Origin: Phoronis australis
Lineage: Eukaryota > Animalia > Phoronida
Direction: 5' to 3'
Length of the DNA stretch: 64,000 bases
NCBI GenBank assembly: GCA_002633005.1
Contig: NMRA01000043.1
Coordinates: 1,085,588 to 1,149,587, forward strand
The translations under genes and the position numbers were made by a program. Positions 39,407-52,740 of the stretch are shown here, piece by piece. How positions within the stretch are numbered: position 1 is the first letter of the stretch; each line of letters starts with the position of its first letter. The notes under the pieces are model-generated. The model saw only the letters and a program-made list of their open reading frames with translations. It made no database searches and was not told the origin of the DNA.

Positions 39407-41177
39407 GTAGGCCTATCGCGTTTCTTAATCAATGAAAATGTTATTGAAAAACTGTTGTAAATGCCGACTCAGATTAATCTCCGAACCGGGAATCTAACCG
39501 GGGCCAGTCACTTTATGACTGTGGCCGCTTGAACTTCGACTTCAGAGTTCAGGTTTATCACACCTTTCTACTTTGGAAACAAGTCGGATATAATGTTCCC
39601 TGGTTTTGAGAATGACGCTATCAACAAGTTGCAATAATTTCAGTGCAGGTTCCCTAGTTATACCTCACAGAGTGTTAGCCAGATGGAACACACCAGACCA
39701 GTGCCAGTGTCAGTGACAGCAAATGTCTAGACTTAACCACGCGAATACACGTGTTGGGAAAAAATGGGAAACGAACAGGACAAGGACATCGTCGAAAAAA
39801 GTTGATGCCAATGTAACAACTGAATAACATTCCTATTATTTAGTGGATTAGACAGTGACCACCGTCTCTAATTGGCATTTCGTTTTGTTCAAAACTCACA
39901 CAGCTGCAGAAATCAGCAAGAATAGATGTCAGCAATCTCACTGTTCAGTCTAAAGATAGACAGAAACATGTACTAATGCTTGATTCGCCATCTGTTTCTA
40001 AGAAGCCAGCAGGAGCAAAGAGTTAGTTGACCATGGGTATTCATTATGTGAGGATTATCAACAATCCAACCCTTTCCTATCAAACATGTCTAAAGATTCA
40101 ACTAAGCAACTTGATCGGAAACTGTTATTTAAAATCAGTACATCCTTGGATGATCTTTGCAAGACTTCAGAAAAAAGTGTGCTTAGACTTCCCACGAGGA
40201 ACCTGGAAGACACATGGGCTATCACTTCTGTTACTATGTGTCATTCACTACATATCTGTATGACTAAGAATGAATTCACTGTAGCCATAATGTATGGGAT
40301 ACATGTATATGTTTACCAAAAACCCTCAACTCTGTGCTGTACAGAGGCTATAGACTGCTGCGTCATCATGCGGGCAATGGTGTATGTTTGAACATTTTTC
40401 GGATGGCTCACATTTATAGCTTATAATTGTTTTTAACATATATTTTTAGCAAAGGTGACATAGTTGATGATATTAATTAGATCGGTGATATATTACATTA
40501 AAAATTCTCCAAATTGAGACAGCCTCCGAAATTCAGAACAGAGAAATCATGGCTGAAATTTATTTTTTTCATCCTGAAGTTTGAGGCGTGAGTGATTTGT
40601 ATATTTTCGTACTTTTCAAATTCCTAACGCTATGTTGTAGCATAACAGGTTGCAAGAATACTCCTGTAAGTTCATAAAAAGTGACTCTCATGACAAACAT
40701 TTAATAAATTGTTACCATTCCCCTTGGAATTTCTGACACAGTTGTGTGAATTTCTAAAAATTGGGACAAGCTCTGACTTTGATCAAAATAATTATTCACT
40801 GTCCCAAACTAGAGAATTTTTGCGTAATCAATTTTTGAAATTCAATGTCTAGTTAACTGTAAAACTGTGGCTGTTCTTGTTTATAAGAGGATCTGCTTTA
40901 AGAAAAAAGGTTATAAAAGTGATGACAATTTGTTGTTTAGTTTTTCATCTTTAATAATGGTGTGCATGGTAGTTTACACCAGCTTTAAAAATGTCAATGA
41001 TGAAAGGTATAAATCATAAATGACAACAGATATCAATAGTCCATTTCAGTTAATGACTTTGAAGCAGATAATAGTGGCAGTACCCGTGTGGTTAAAGAGC
41101 CATGACATAATGCTTTCGATTTAAAAATCTTGAGGGACTTTCTGATATTTAAGCTATGAGTGTTCTTTTCACAAGAA

Positions 41178-41178
<1 letters not shown>

Positions 41179-41229
<51 letters not shown>
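41179..41229. repeat. (GT)n microsatellite
   Basis: Direct reading of the sequence. Confidence 0.97.
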
Positions 41230-41230
<1 letters not shown>

Positions 41231-41719
41231 GTTAAAATCAGTTGCATAGTGAGTTAGTCACTAAATGATATCAGTGCTTAACATGCTTAAGGGGGTTTTT
41301 GATCAAAGAATACTTTTATTGGTTAGAAAGATACATACCAAGAGAACTTGTGCCATGTGATAAAATGTTATTGTTTTATGTTTTGGAAAAAATAAATGAT
41401 TTAACGAGATAATGAAACATTACAATTGTGTCTTTAGCATCTAACGTCAATGTATAATACAGGATAACTTTTACATAAACATTTAAAATGTTATAGATTT
41501 TGGATTTCCTATATATAGTTAAGGTTAAGAATGGATGCCTACATGTTCTCTGCACATTTGTTGCTTTGATAACACTATCACTGATGGTGTTACTCTATCA
41601 AAAATCTAAAATTAAAGGGCAATTTTTACAGTAAAATAACCCATGAAAATCTTATTTTAAGATGTGGATTTCAGACTCTGTCTCAATTTTTTTACTTCAG
41701 GGTGACCTAAAAGGCAGCT

Positions 41720-43810
41720 GCTGGGTTCTATCGCCACGATTATGACGGACGGCTTTACTGACCAATCAGAACGCAGCATTCTTGGCACACCTTCGTCTTC
41801 GTTTCCAAGCCGCCATTTTACCCAACAAACCACACGTAGTCGAGTAAAACTTACTTTAGTCTATAGCTCAAGAAATTGTCCGCTAAGAATGGGGAAACGG
41901 TGTTGATATGGCGTGTGTAGCACCGACAGCCGTTATGCTGCTCCAGAAAAATATCCCGTCATTTTTTACATGTCCTAATTCGAAAAATGATGTTGAAAAG
42001 CGTCAACTATGGATCAAACTGTACGGCCACACGAGCAGCTGAACTTAGCGATGTTGCTTGATAGCGCGAAGGCTATAATAAACACAAATATATCATTTCC
42101 AAGATACGCACTTTTCAGCTTGGTGGCTATGGTGCAGGGCTATCTCAGATTTTGACTTCCGAGTTTCCTACGTCTGGTCGCCTTTGCTGAGTGTCTCGGC
42201 ACCTGCTGGATCTCAGCACTCTATCGGTAGTCCCCGAAAATTGTTGTTTTCAAGGACATTTTTATTTTATGTTTTTTTTTATTTATTTCAACTTAATGGA
42301 CATTATTTTGTTTCGTATCAGAGGTACATTTTTGTTATTCATAAACCGTAGGCTGGCGTTCAACTGAACTTCTCTCCCGGTCAAAATTCAGAGATTCGAT
42401 CGGCACAGTGAAGGGCACTGGATTACTACCGGAACTCAAAGCCTTGGTTGAGCTGTTGTCACTAAAATAAACTGTTGAATTACTTTTTGACGTGTGCCTC
42501 TAGTATACACTATGTCTGTAGAGTTAGAGAGAGCTCATTTTGAAGTTGTTCAAACATGATATTTAGATTAATGAAGCTTTAAAAAAGAATTTGTCTGAGT
42601 TATTTTTGCAACTACCACACCAGACTTGTAATCTTTTGTAACCATACCACGACTTAGTGATCATGCTACCTTCTAAATTAAATGAAAGCTACCTTTATGG
42701 AATGAAACTACAAAAAATACCAAGTTCATAAGAAGGTAGGCCTAATTTAAGTATCTTAATGGTGCAAACGGAGAATTCCATAGGCGGATTTAGGGGGGGC
42801 AGGGGCCCCAGGCCCGCCCCCCATTGGCTGCCGCAAGCAAAATGAAAAAGCAAGAGCATAAAGCGTGAGGAAATATTGAGTTCAGTAACTTAGGACCGGT
42901 AGGGGAAGAGGGGGGCTCAGACCCCAGATCGCGGCGGAATCATGTTCCTGTTTTTTTTAGTCCACCTATAGATTTTCTGAACAGAAGGTCCAACGGTCTA
43001 CATCCCTGGCCCCTGCAACTTTCGGGCCGCCTGTGCACATACAATCGCACTTTGCCCAATTCCTCGAGGCAACATATGTTGGGCCCCCTGTGGTATCCTA
43101 GATCCGCCACTGAATTCCAGACATTAATTTGACTTAGACACAGCCCTAGACCTACCGGAGCTAATTGTTTTTCCTAGGACGAGATGAGTGTGTACCTGAG
43201 CTATGAACTTGAATTTTTGATCAAAATGTTTCGTTACAAGATTAGAAAAGCGTATACAGTGGAGTCGACCTAATCAGAGACTATAGTGCATGTGTTGTCT
43301 GTTATCTATGACCTACTTTACTCCCGGAGTCCCACAAGTTGTGACCTACTTTTCATTTGGCGCAATTTAGCAGACGACAGAATAAAAATATCGCCATTCG
43401 GTGAATCTTCACTGATTTTATTCGAAAGATCATGAAATCTATGGAATCGTACAGATAATTCGACTATAAGATACATATCCAGCTTTACATGAACATATCG
43501 TATCAGTGGTCTTGTCATTTGTCAGGTGAAGGCGGCCCCGAGGCCGATGGGTTCTTCGGATTTTCGCTGGCTCCTCGAGCACTTATTTTTTCATCGTCAC
43601 CTTTACAAATTCCCATATCATGAAAGTACGATTCTCTGTTGAAAAGCATCGCCTCTTGTCTCTGTCGAAGCGTTTTCAAATAGTGCAAAAACACTCATCG
43701 ATTCCACCAGGAACGTCGTTTAGCGACAGTGTATTTGCCTCTGGCATCTCGATCGATTGTCGGGTATCACGTGTCTTTTCGCATAGGGGCGGAGCTTGCG
43801 ATAGGTCAAT
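41720..43810. mobile_element. Internally deleted ISL2EU-like DNA transposon relic with convergent THAP and SWIM ORF starts
   Basis: On +, from 41889: MGKRC*YGVCSTDSRY...KNDVEKRQLWIKL (THAP-like). On -, from 43747: ...YFHDMGICKGDDEKISAR..SQRKSEEP...TICSCKAG (SWIM-like). The ends share an inverted CTATCGC. Confidence 0.6.
42779..43112 (+). mobile_element. MITE CATAGGCGGAT...ATCCGCCACTG, 5-bp TSD AATTC, nested in the ISL2EU-like relic
   Basis: TIRs with AATTC at 42774-42778 and 43113-43117. Confidence 0.88.
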
Positions 43811-44216
43811 GTTGCCGTGTGTCTTGGGAGGCATTTTTTATTTAGTTTATCTGCATTGAATGAATTTATGTTTTTGATTATTTTTGGCAGCTTTCCCAGA
43901 TTTCCGTAAAACTTCCAGGCTCAGATTTGGAATTTCTGGGTATTAGAAAAGGCATAAAAATTGGTGCTGTGAAACCTCAGTGTTGTGATACGAATAGATG
44001 TTATTGAAAGAATTTTTGTCTGCATTAAACTCACCATTCTAACACAATGTGTCCTTCGTTGATTACCACAATTGCCACGTTGTAAGCTAATTCCTTGTTT
44101 TGGAAGCTAATTCCTTGTTTTGAAAGCGTTTCACACCATCACGTGTTGATGCCAGAGCCTCAGGGTTAGCATACACTACTTGATAATTTCCTTTAATTAT
44201 ATCGCTAATTGGAACA

Positions 44217-44437
44217 CATAGGCGAGGAAGGGAGGGGAATCAGACCCCAGATCGTGGCGGGCTCTCGTTCCCATTTTTTATTTTTAAAAGTTTTGAGTCG
44301 ATAGATTTCCTGAACAGAAGCTTCATACTCCGGCCCCCGTAACTTTCGGGACGCCTGTACACATACAACCGCGCTCTGCCCAATTCCCCGAGGCAACATA
44401 TGTTGGGGCCCCCCTTCTGGTCCCTGATCCGCCAATG
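44217..44437 (+). mobile_element. MITE of the same family, 5-bp TSD GAACA
   Basis: Internal homology to 42779-43112; GAACA on both sides. Confidence 0.85.
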
Positions 44438-44537
44438 GAACAGTACTACAAAAATTCACCACTAGTTTCTTCATCATCAGTATCAACATCATTAATGTCT
44501 CGCAAAAAATTATTGTTGTTCTAGTATTGCAATTAGT

Positions 44538-44728
44538 CATAGGCGGACTTAGGGGGGGGGGGGCAGGGGACCCCCCTGGCTGATGCAAGCAAAATTAAAC
44601 AGCGTGAAGAAATATGGAGTTCACCANCCTCGCAACTTTCGGGGCGGCTGTGCATGCAATCGCACTTTGCCCAATTCTCCGAGGCAGCATGTTGGGCTTC
44701 CCCTTATGGTATCCTAGATCCGCCACTG
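44538..44728 (+). mobile_element. MITE of the same family, 5-bp TSD TTAGT
   Basis: CATAGGCGGACTT...GATCCGCCACTG with TTAGT on both sides. Confidence 0.85.
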
Positions 44729-44777
44729 TTAGTGCACGGCAAAGATCTACTAAAGTTTGGTGAACTACAGGGGTAAA

Positions 44778-45735
44778 AATAACGGACTCTGCGCGTGCGT
44801 ATTACTGGAATTATTATGGGAAGTTTACCAATGTGAAAAGGAATTCTTTAAAATTGTAGGACAAATTACATATTAATTTTTTGATGACCTTTCCACTAAT
44901 TGACCTCTTCCGGTGCATTATGAGCCCCAATGAGGGAGTAATTGTTAACTCGATTAAAAGTGTGGTTAATGCTAAAAATCACAGATGTTTTACTTAAGCA
45001 CTTCAGAATACAAGATGAATGAATTAGTCAAACTTTCAGAAGAAAAATGCACCTAATGACCCCATGGGTGCACCAAATGACCTGAAAATTTAAAATTCAA
45101 ACTCAATCGCACTTAGTAAAGAGATATGTACTTTTAAAGTCTCTAGCTCAAAATTTTAGTTTGCACTCAATGACCTTTGACCTATTTTTTCTGATTGGTT
45201 AGGCCTATTGCAAAGTAAAGCAGGGTATTCAATTGGCATGTTGACTTACACCAGTGTGCTGAAATTGAAAAGAATTCCTTGAAAAACGTAAGAGATATTA
45301 CATTTTGAACGTTACATGACCTTTGCACTAATTGACCCTATTCGGTGTATTATAAGCGTCTTTAGGAGAATTATTGCAATGCCCATAAAAGATGTGTCTA
45401 ATGCTGAGAATCACAGTTGTCTAACGGTTGACACATCAGAATACTTGCTGATTGAAAAGGTCAAATTTTCAGAAGAAAAATGCACCTAATGACCCCATGT
45501 TTGCACTAAATGACCTGAAACTTTGGATTCCAAATTGAATTACCTGTTCCAATCGGACCTGTCAATTTGAAGAGTCTAAATTAAAATTTTAGTTAGCACC
45601 TAATGACCTTTGTCCTATCTCACCTGATTGGGTGGCCCGATTTTTTAGATTGCCTTTTTGACTTATACCTGTACAACGAATTTGAGAAGTCGGCCACGTG
45701 CATTGTAATACTCGCACGGACTGCGTTTCCTGGAG
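44778..45735 (+). mobile_element. Same Helentron-like family (copy 2)
   Basis: Starts AATAACGGACTCTGCGCGTGCGTATTAC and ends with the subterminal inverted copy GTAATACTCGCACG; ~420-bp internal tandem unit. Confidence 0.65.
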
Positions 45736-46142
45736 TTCGATCGTTTTTTAGCTTACTAAATGTAACATGTCAGAAGCAGATGTTTTTCGAGCAGTGGTCA
45801 CTGGTCATAATATTATACTTTGCGGGCAACCATAGGCGCTCGGATTTCCAGATCACTCATAACCATATACAAGAAACATAAAGGTTGGACACTTAAACTT
45901 CGCCGAGCCGAGGTTCCCAACTTCAACTGTCCAAAATCCAAATAAAATCTGCGTGCACCTCCCTCAGTCTGGTATTGCATAAACCTTCGAAGTCTTATCT
46001 TTCCTTGATCTCATTAAATGTCATCGTAAGTGATGAATTGGCGATGGAATGTCCAAAACAATCTCAAAACTCTGAATTCAAGGACCTAAAATAGTAAACA
46101 TGGCGGATTTCAGTTGTGCTTCAATTTGTACGCATGTCGTAG

Positions 46143-47080
46143 CAGTGGCGGATCTAGGATATCGCAAGGGGGGGCCCAACATTTTGTCCGGCTGTAAGCA
46201 TTTGCGCAAACCACGATTGTAGATGCGCATAGCACCGAATAGGGGGAGGTCGGGAGGGGGGNNNNNNNNNNNNNNNNNNNNNNNNNNNNNNNNNNNNNNN
46301 NNNNNNNNNNNNNNNNNNNNNNNNNNNNNNNNNNNNNNNNNNNNNNNNNNNNNNNNNNNNNNNNNNNNNNNNNNNNNNNNNNNNNNNNNNNNNNNNNNNN
46401 NNNNNNNNNNNNNNNNNNNNNNNNNNNNNNNNNNNNNNNNNNNNNNNNNNNNNNNNNNNNNNNNNNNNNNNNNNNNNNNNNNNNNNNNNNNNNNNNNNNN
46501 NNNNNNNNNNNNNNNNNNNNNNNNNNNNNNNNNNNNNNNNNNNNNNNNNNNNNNNNNNNNNNNNNNNNNNNNNNNNNNNNNNNNNNNNNNNNNNNNNNNN
46601 NNNNNNNNNNNNNNNNNNNNNNNNNNNNNNNNNNNNNNNNNNNNNNNNNNNNNNNNNNNNNNNNNNNNNNNNNNNNNNNNNNNNNNNNNNNNNNNNNNNN
46701 NNNNNNNNNNNNNNNNNNNNNNNNNNNNNNNNNNNNNNNNNNNNNNNNNNNNNNNNNNNNNNNNNNNNNNNNNNNNNNNNNNNNNNNNNNNNNNNNNNNN
46801 NNNNNNNNNNNNNNNNNNNNNNNNNNNNNNNNNNNNNNNNNNNNNNNNNNNNNNNNNNNNNNNNNNNNNNNNNNNNNNNNNNNNNNNNNNNNNNNNNNNN
46901 NCCCCCCCCCAAACACTAAAACTGCACACATTTAAATGTTGTTTCATCCGTATAATTTTAATTACCGGGGTTAATTAATAAACTCAACATTTCCCTACGC
47001 TCTTGCTGTTTTATTTTTTGCGGCAGCCAAGGGGGAGAGGCCGGGCCCCCTGCCCCCCCCTCCCCCTAAATCCGCCTATG
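46143..47080 (-). mobile_element. MITE of the same family spanning an assembly gap
   Basis: CAGTGGCGGATCTAGG...TAAATCCGCCTATG; reverse match to 42779-43112; TSD not clear. Confidence 0.7.
46262..46901. other. Assembly gap
   Basis: Run of N. Confidence 1.
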
Positions 47081-50000
47081 TAGGTGAAACTTCGAGTTTG
47101 AGCAAGGAACCTATATTTCAAATTCAATAATTTCAATCCAAATCTTAACTGATTGAGATGTTACAGTTAGTATTTTAATTATTATTTGTAATTTTATTCC
47201 ACTGACAGCTCATTTTAGCCTTTAACTTAGAATTTTATTGCATAAACTGGCGTATCTTGTTTCTCATCTTGAGATCACACACTTTTCTTGGATGAAGCAC
47301 AACACACACTCGGCTAGGCAACGCTCTGCTTCTTAGACGGAGATTTCCGATGCGAGAATCGCGGAAAATCGTCTGCAGATGCCGAATTTTCGATTCGTCC
47401 AATAGCCCAAGGCCAGCAAACTAAGTTCTTCGCTTCAACCGTTTTTATTGGCCCATTGGTATGAGAGTTGACACGTGAACAACTCACAGCGTCGTATTCG
47501 CGTGCGCGTTCCAAAATTATTCTCACAGAACACTTTTGCCTTCGTGGCGTGTATTCCAGGCAGGCAAAAATTGGTTTACATACATAGTATCATGGTATGT
47601 ACTTTCATATAACTTTCAGTCAGTTTACGTTAAAATAATTTTTAAAAAATTATCAAGATTTATGACACAATTGTTCTAAAATTGTTCTTTACGAAGATCT
47701 TATTTTTTGTGAATAAAATGACTCAACGCAGTTATTAAAGTCCTTCTCTCACGCGTTGTTAACCCTTATTACATGGTTAGAAGATGTTATAAGGATCCAA
47801 GAAGTACCAACCCCATAACTAATACACGATCCGTACTCGAAAACAGTTTAAATGAACGCGCCACTCACGATTGGCACCCGAAGAAACACCGCCATTTTGA
47901 ACTTGCCGCGAGCCCGGAAGTACAATTCATTCAGGAACCCAGACCGAGAAAACGCCGACAGTGCGACTGGAGCAGTACCTGTACTGTTACCAGCCAGCAA
48001 ACGGAGATAAAAAAATCGACAGCGCGCCTTAATTTTGATAAAATCAAACTACGGACAATTTTATGGAATTTGCTGAAGAAATGTGGCGAATAAATTTTGA
48101 CAGAAATTATTTTGCATGCGGTTGCAAGCTGATTTGTCGAAGTAAAATGGTCAAATGATAAATGCTGCATATATTCAAGGGTAGTTTCAGACACTTGCAT
48201 GAAATTACGGGCTGGTTAGTCCTGTGTCACACTGCCGCGGCAGACCTTAGTTAGTCTCAGTCACCAGCTACCAGTGAAGACTATAGTCAAAATACAGCCT
48301 GTTAGTAGCCCTATACAGCTTTGCGCCAAGACTACCCTTAGGCCTAACTGGTCGCTGGCCACAAACACAAAAAACACGAAAATTGAACAAAGTTTCTTTT
48401 TTGTCGCAACGTTTGTCAAAAAGTGTCAACGTTAAATCTTCACAAATTACAAAGTAGCCGATTGAACATGCCTTTCAGTTCAGCAAAAGTCGACATTGTA
48501 GGTGCCGCCAGAAATGAGACGAAGTCCAACGGGAATTGTGAGCACATTTATCACTTAATGAGTAACAACTGCGAGGCTGAAATTTGGTGAACACTGCTAA
48601 ATCGTGCAGAATAGTAAGTAAAGATATGTCTAACTAAATTTCACCGTAATTTGTTGGCGAAAACAATTTACACAAAGTTTTAAACTCGTAACTCATCCCG
48701 CTGTCCTCCAATATGGCCGACGCGATCCAAACAAAGTGACCCAAATTTCGCCACAAAACTTGCAATAACTTTACAGTGCTTGCCCCGATTTTGATACTTT
48801 TTCGATTTTTACTGAGTAGAATGTACTACCTTTCCGATGATAGCAAAGTACTTTTTCAAAACGAGGAAAATAATAAAACCGAAAAAAAAATTGGTTCGAC
48901 CCATATTGGTTCCTTGGTTCGACCCGCCTACGTAAGGAACTAAACAACAATGCTATTTTAACATACTAAGTACGCGTAACATTCCAAAAAAATCAACGAC
49001 CACTAACTACAAACTATAAATACACTACATATGCAAACGAATCACGATATATTACTAATAAAACAAACTAATGAAGACTTTTCGAGCAAGCCATAGCACA
49101 TTCATTTACAAGGAAAAAATGGCGGCGTTCAGGACAAGTTCTTGAACTGATGAGCCGGAAACAAAGATTTTATATAGTATCTTTGCCGGAAATGTGGGTA
49201 CGGAAATAACCGATGACAACCGGTAATCATACGCTCAGAGAGAAGGGTCAAATACTGTTTAAAAATCGCTTTTGGCAAGAAAGGCGAAAAGAATATAAAG
49301 AAAGGGTGTCGAAAATAAGAATTTATGTAGTAAGTATTTTCGGATACTGGAACCACATGGGCAGTTTGCAAGAAGGACTTTAAAGTCATATGATCCGTTT
49401 GTAGACGTTTTAAAAACGTGAATCTGCATAAAAACCATTGAAACATACTCTCTGACACTTAATTAAAACTTTTCGTAAGTATGGGGTCGATCTGCTGCCT
49501 GTACACATTTTTTCTTTTATTTTTTATTTTCTTAAAATCTGCGTGATCAAAACAAACGAATGTTGCCCATAATGCTGTGCGGTTTGACCTTTCGGCAACT
49601 AATCAGCTGTTTCTGGTACTGCTCCGAAGAAGAGAAGTTCGCCTTAACCAGGTAATTTATTCGTTTCTTGAACATTTTGATGACGATATTGCTCCCTGTA
49701 TGAGCTGAACAGTCTAACTATTACTCTTAGAATTAGATGAAACCATTATCTGTGGGAAAATTACGTACTCAATTTGATAGTAATCGTTGTGATCGAGTCG
49801 AGGGAGTCTGCAGTGGTACCCAGCCAGCTAGCGGTATCAAAATACAGCTAGGTACCACTGGGTGTTTTTCTTCAATAGAGCCCGAAATTCACACAGCCAG
49901 GGTAGTATATTTAGTATACAGATTTGTATCAAGGATAGCCCTAGCCCTATCAATGGAGTGTAATGTTATTGTGGTTGGATAGACCCTGTTTGTCACTCGA

Positions 50001-50148
50001 TGGTCGTGAGTTGAATTTCTACCTGCTGGCAGTTTTCAGACTTTGGACTTGAATTGCAAAACTATTCGTGATTTTTCATTGCCATAACAAAAACCATCGT
50101 CTATCACCAGGGACTCTATATACACACTCTACTTGTATATTGTACTAG

Positions 50149-50534
50149 CAGGGGCACATTGGAGGATTTAAGGGGGGGGGGCAAGAGGGCCATGGCCCCC
50201 CTAAAGTTCTCCCAGATACCATTTGACAGTTCGGGGTGCAAATTGCTGATTAGCACATGCACCTTGAACAAACCCTGTTTACCGTTTATGTTTTTTTAGT
50301 AATAAGATCCACAAACCCAAAAATTAGACACCCCCGCATACCTACATCAGGCTGGGCTCGCGCATGTCGCAAAATTCTGGTTATTCCTGTGCACTGGCCC
50401 CCTAACTCAAAATACTGGATTCGCCCCTGGGGCAGATCCAGGATTTTGAGTTGGGGGAACAGGGCAGAGTATTGGCCAGGATTTAGTTCACCAAACATTT
50501 GCACCCCATAGCCCCCCCTCTAAATCCACCACTG
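50149..50534. mobile_element. Inverted dimer of the 6062-type MITE, 5-bp TSD ACTAG
   Basis: A forward copy runs to ~50429 and is followed by a reverse copy; the whole is flanked by ACTAG. Confidence 0.75.
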
Positions 50535-52492
50535 ACTAGTCAGCTAGCTAGTCCACTTGAACACAACCCACTGGATCAGCGATGAATCCTCGGATTAAAT
50601 GCAAGCAAACTTGGGAAGTGCCGGTAGGCTGAAGCTTGTTGCGAGAATAGTGAGATCATACAAAACCATGGTTGGGAATGGGATGCAACAAGTTGATGCC
50701 TGTTATTCAGTGAAGAAATCTGGTTCTCAAATTGCAGGACACTGGGAGTGGTCACATCATTACAGAACAATATACTATGTATGGGACCTCCTCAAAGGCA
50801 AAAGGTATAAGCCAAAGGCAGATCAGTAGTAGCATTAATAAAGGTCGAGCAGGTTACATCTTGTATTATCAGTGGTATGGTCTCGATTGGGTAAATAAAG
50901 GGCTAGGGACAGGGGAAGGTTAATGACAGTGCTTGCTTTTAATTAATATACTCTTTCTTGGACTTTGAGTGTGCAACTAGGCCCTTGCAGACTCACTTTA
51001 TCAAGAACACAATCCATCAGTTTACATGGCAGAGGGCCTAAAGGGTGCTTCGAAAATCATCTATCCTCCTTGAATGTCAGCTGTTACAGACTTCTAGCAT
51101 CGGTATTGGCAAGTTAACAAAGGAAATAAACTTAATTAGTCTGGAAACAGGTAGAACACTGAAGTTTCAATTTCTGGTACACTCATACTTTTGCGAAAAT
51201 GTGTATCCTATGGAATGTATTGATCAATGTTATCTATGTACTGCTCAGATTGGCATTTTATGTGATTACAATGTTTTTAAAGGTTCACCGTAATGTGCAT
51301 CACCAGTTCACCAACAATAACAATACTCAAGCAACAGAGACAACATGATTGGAGTACTGAGCCATGTGCAGAGGAATAGGCTTAGGTGGCAATTGATGTT
51401 CGGTCTCTTCACATGCAGGTATGCTTGGAACTCTCGTTTCTTAACGCAATAGAACCGATTCTACATAACTTTTGTGTTATCAAGTCATTCTTATTGTTTT
51501 CTTTCATCAGTAATCACACAAGCTTTATAGGTAACAAAACTGAAAACCTGTAATAAAATACATTTGCTATGTATCACTAAAATATGCCACATAAAATGCT
51601 GAAAATTATACTGTCTTAAAACTTCATTAATTAAAACTTCATTAATAATGGACCACTGGCTTTTTGAAGAACAACAACCAGTTTGCAGCTATGAAAACAA
51701 CATTCCCCTTCATGTTGAGGTCATGTTTAAACTACAACTCAAAATTAATGTGGTTTGATTTTTTTCAGCCTCACATAAGTATATCTGAGGATGAGGGCAT
51801 TGTATTCAACTTGCTGTGTCCATACTCACTGGGGTGGTGGGTATCACCAGCTGTGATTGTCATCAGGGTGTACATGTGGCAGATGCTGAGGAGTGTCCAC
51901 TACACTGAAAAGATCTATAAGAAGCAACCTGTCACCTGCATTTTGCTTATGCCTGTGAGTATTTCTTATAAAGACAGTTTTGGAAATCCAGTTAAGCACC
52001 CTCATTATGCACACATGTGACTCTGTGAAAGAAAACACAGCTGACATGACACTTGTAATAACCTTTTACCATTTTCCTTCCAAGGCTCTGGCTACAGAGA
52101 TTTGGTCTTGCACTCAACATCAATGTTTCACACAAATACCCAAAACTCAGTTTAACAAATAAATAAATTATCTGAATATGCTCATAATTGTTACTTATTG
52201 AGAAAATGTGAACAAATTATTTCCAGGCTATTAGGTATTAATGATAACTGGAGTAAACCTTTACTTGGCAATTGTGAAGTGAAAACATTATTAAGGCCCT
52301 GACAGTATGCCTGTGATATGAATATTCATAAAGACTATCTATGGATTATTGGCAGGTTCATGATAAGGTCCAGTTTTAGTCAAACTAAACAAAACACAAT
52401 AAAACACATTCCTTATTTGAGTTTTGTTTATTGTTTATCTGAAATTTAAGTATAAATACCAAAATAGCCATAACAATGGATTGCCAACAGTA

Positions 52493-52740
52493 CATTCTAT
52501 AAGGTATGTATAAATAAATCTTTTTCAATAAGGCATGGAAAAATGTCGCAAACAGCTTGTCCCATCAGCACGCCATGTTTTTGGTCACATCACGTGACCT
52601 AATGAATATCAATCCAAAAAGATTTCTGCCCGTCCCTGTCTAGGGCAGAAATCTTTTCGGACATACATTCATTAGGTCACGTGATGTGACCAAAAAGATG
52701 GCGTGCTGACGGGACAAACTGTTCGCATTCTATAAGGTAT
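52493..52740. mobile_element. ~180-bp foldback element flanked by a 15-bp direct repeat
   Basis: Arms ~52548-52630 and ~52643-52726; CATTCTATAAGGTAT at 52493-52507 and 52726-52740. Confidence 0.85.
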
